From positions 83,020,001 to 83,084,000 of the forward strand of contig NC_087436.1 in the NCBI RefSeq assembly GCF_036321535.1: a stretch of DNA of 64,000 nt, given 5' to 3'. A program made the position numbers and the translations under genes. Positions within the stretch are counted from its first letter, which is position 1, and each line of letters starts with the position of its first letter. The notes below the pieces were generated by a model, which was given only the letters and a program-made list of their open reading frames with translations, did not search any database and was not told the DNA's origin. This stretch comes from Camelus dromedarius. Taxonomy: Eukaryota. Of the stretch, positions 63,790-64,000 are shown piece after piece.

Positions 63790-64000
63790 AGAAATATAAT
63801 GTTGTACACATGAAACTTATGTTATAAATCAATGTAAACTAAATTTTAAAAAGAAAACTGAAACAATCAAAAGAGACTTCTTGATTCCCTCCACCATATC
63901 TGCCCACCCACCAGCATACTCTGCCCTTCCTCCTATTACCCTGGCCTAGATGAACTTTTCACGTTCCTGTCTAAGGCCTAAGGCATCATCTCCACTTTGC

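Larger units (their letters stand above)
57488..63850 (+). mobile_element. Near full-length, inactivated LINE-1 (5' UTR, ORF1 ~58277-59160, ORF2 ~59620-63450, 3' UTR)
   Basis: ORF1 remnant DLTDREFKITIMKKLREIQENSERQFNEL; RT remnant [17 protein letters not shown]...PLLLNIVLE...[11 protein letters not shown]; many stops and frameshifts; TSD aagaaaactaaagca (57473-57487) / aagaaaactgaaaca (63851-63865). Confidence 0.95.

Overview
Mammalian genomic DNA, most likely camelid: a tRNA-derived SINE resembling camelid Vic-1 sits at 63686-63789, and the L1 3' UTRs are cetartiodactyl-type. I recognise no intact protein-coding exon; the supplied ORFs are repeat fragments or chance ORFs. The window is dominated by nested interspersed repeats: L1 of several ages (including a near full-length copy at 57488-63850), L2, MIR, many ERV1 LTRs (four MER41-like), two non-coding ERV1 proviral remnants, MaLR/ERVL LTRs, a decayed class III ERV protease and Tigger1. 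One CpG island (~19.1-19.7 kb) looks like the promoter and non-coding first exon of an unidentified minus-strand gene. The main anomaly is a pair of ancient L1MC-type 3' ends in inverted orientation (45165-46260 and 50430-51546) sharing a 609-bp core that is identical by eye, including private mutations, with diverged flanks. This suggests recent gene conversion and possibly a ~5-kb invertible segment. Other oddities are a TSD-flanked chimeric L1 carrying an older L1M 3' end, an ERV inserted into a related ERV, and STAT/NF-kB motifs in LTRs around the promoter. Repeat family names come from recalled consensus sequences, not a database search; boundaries without TSDs are approximate.
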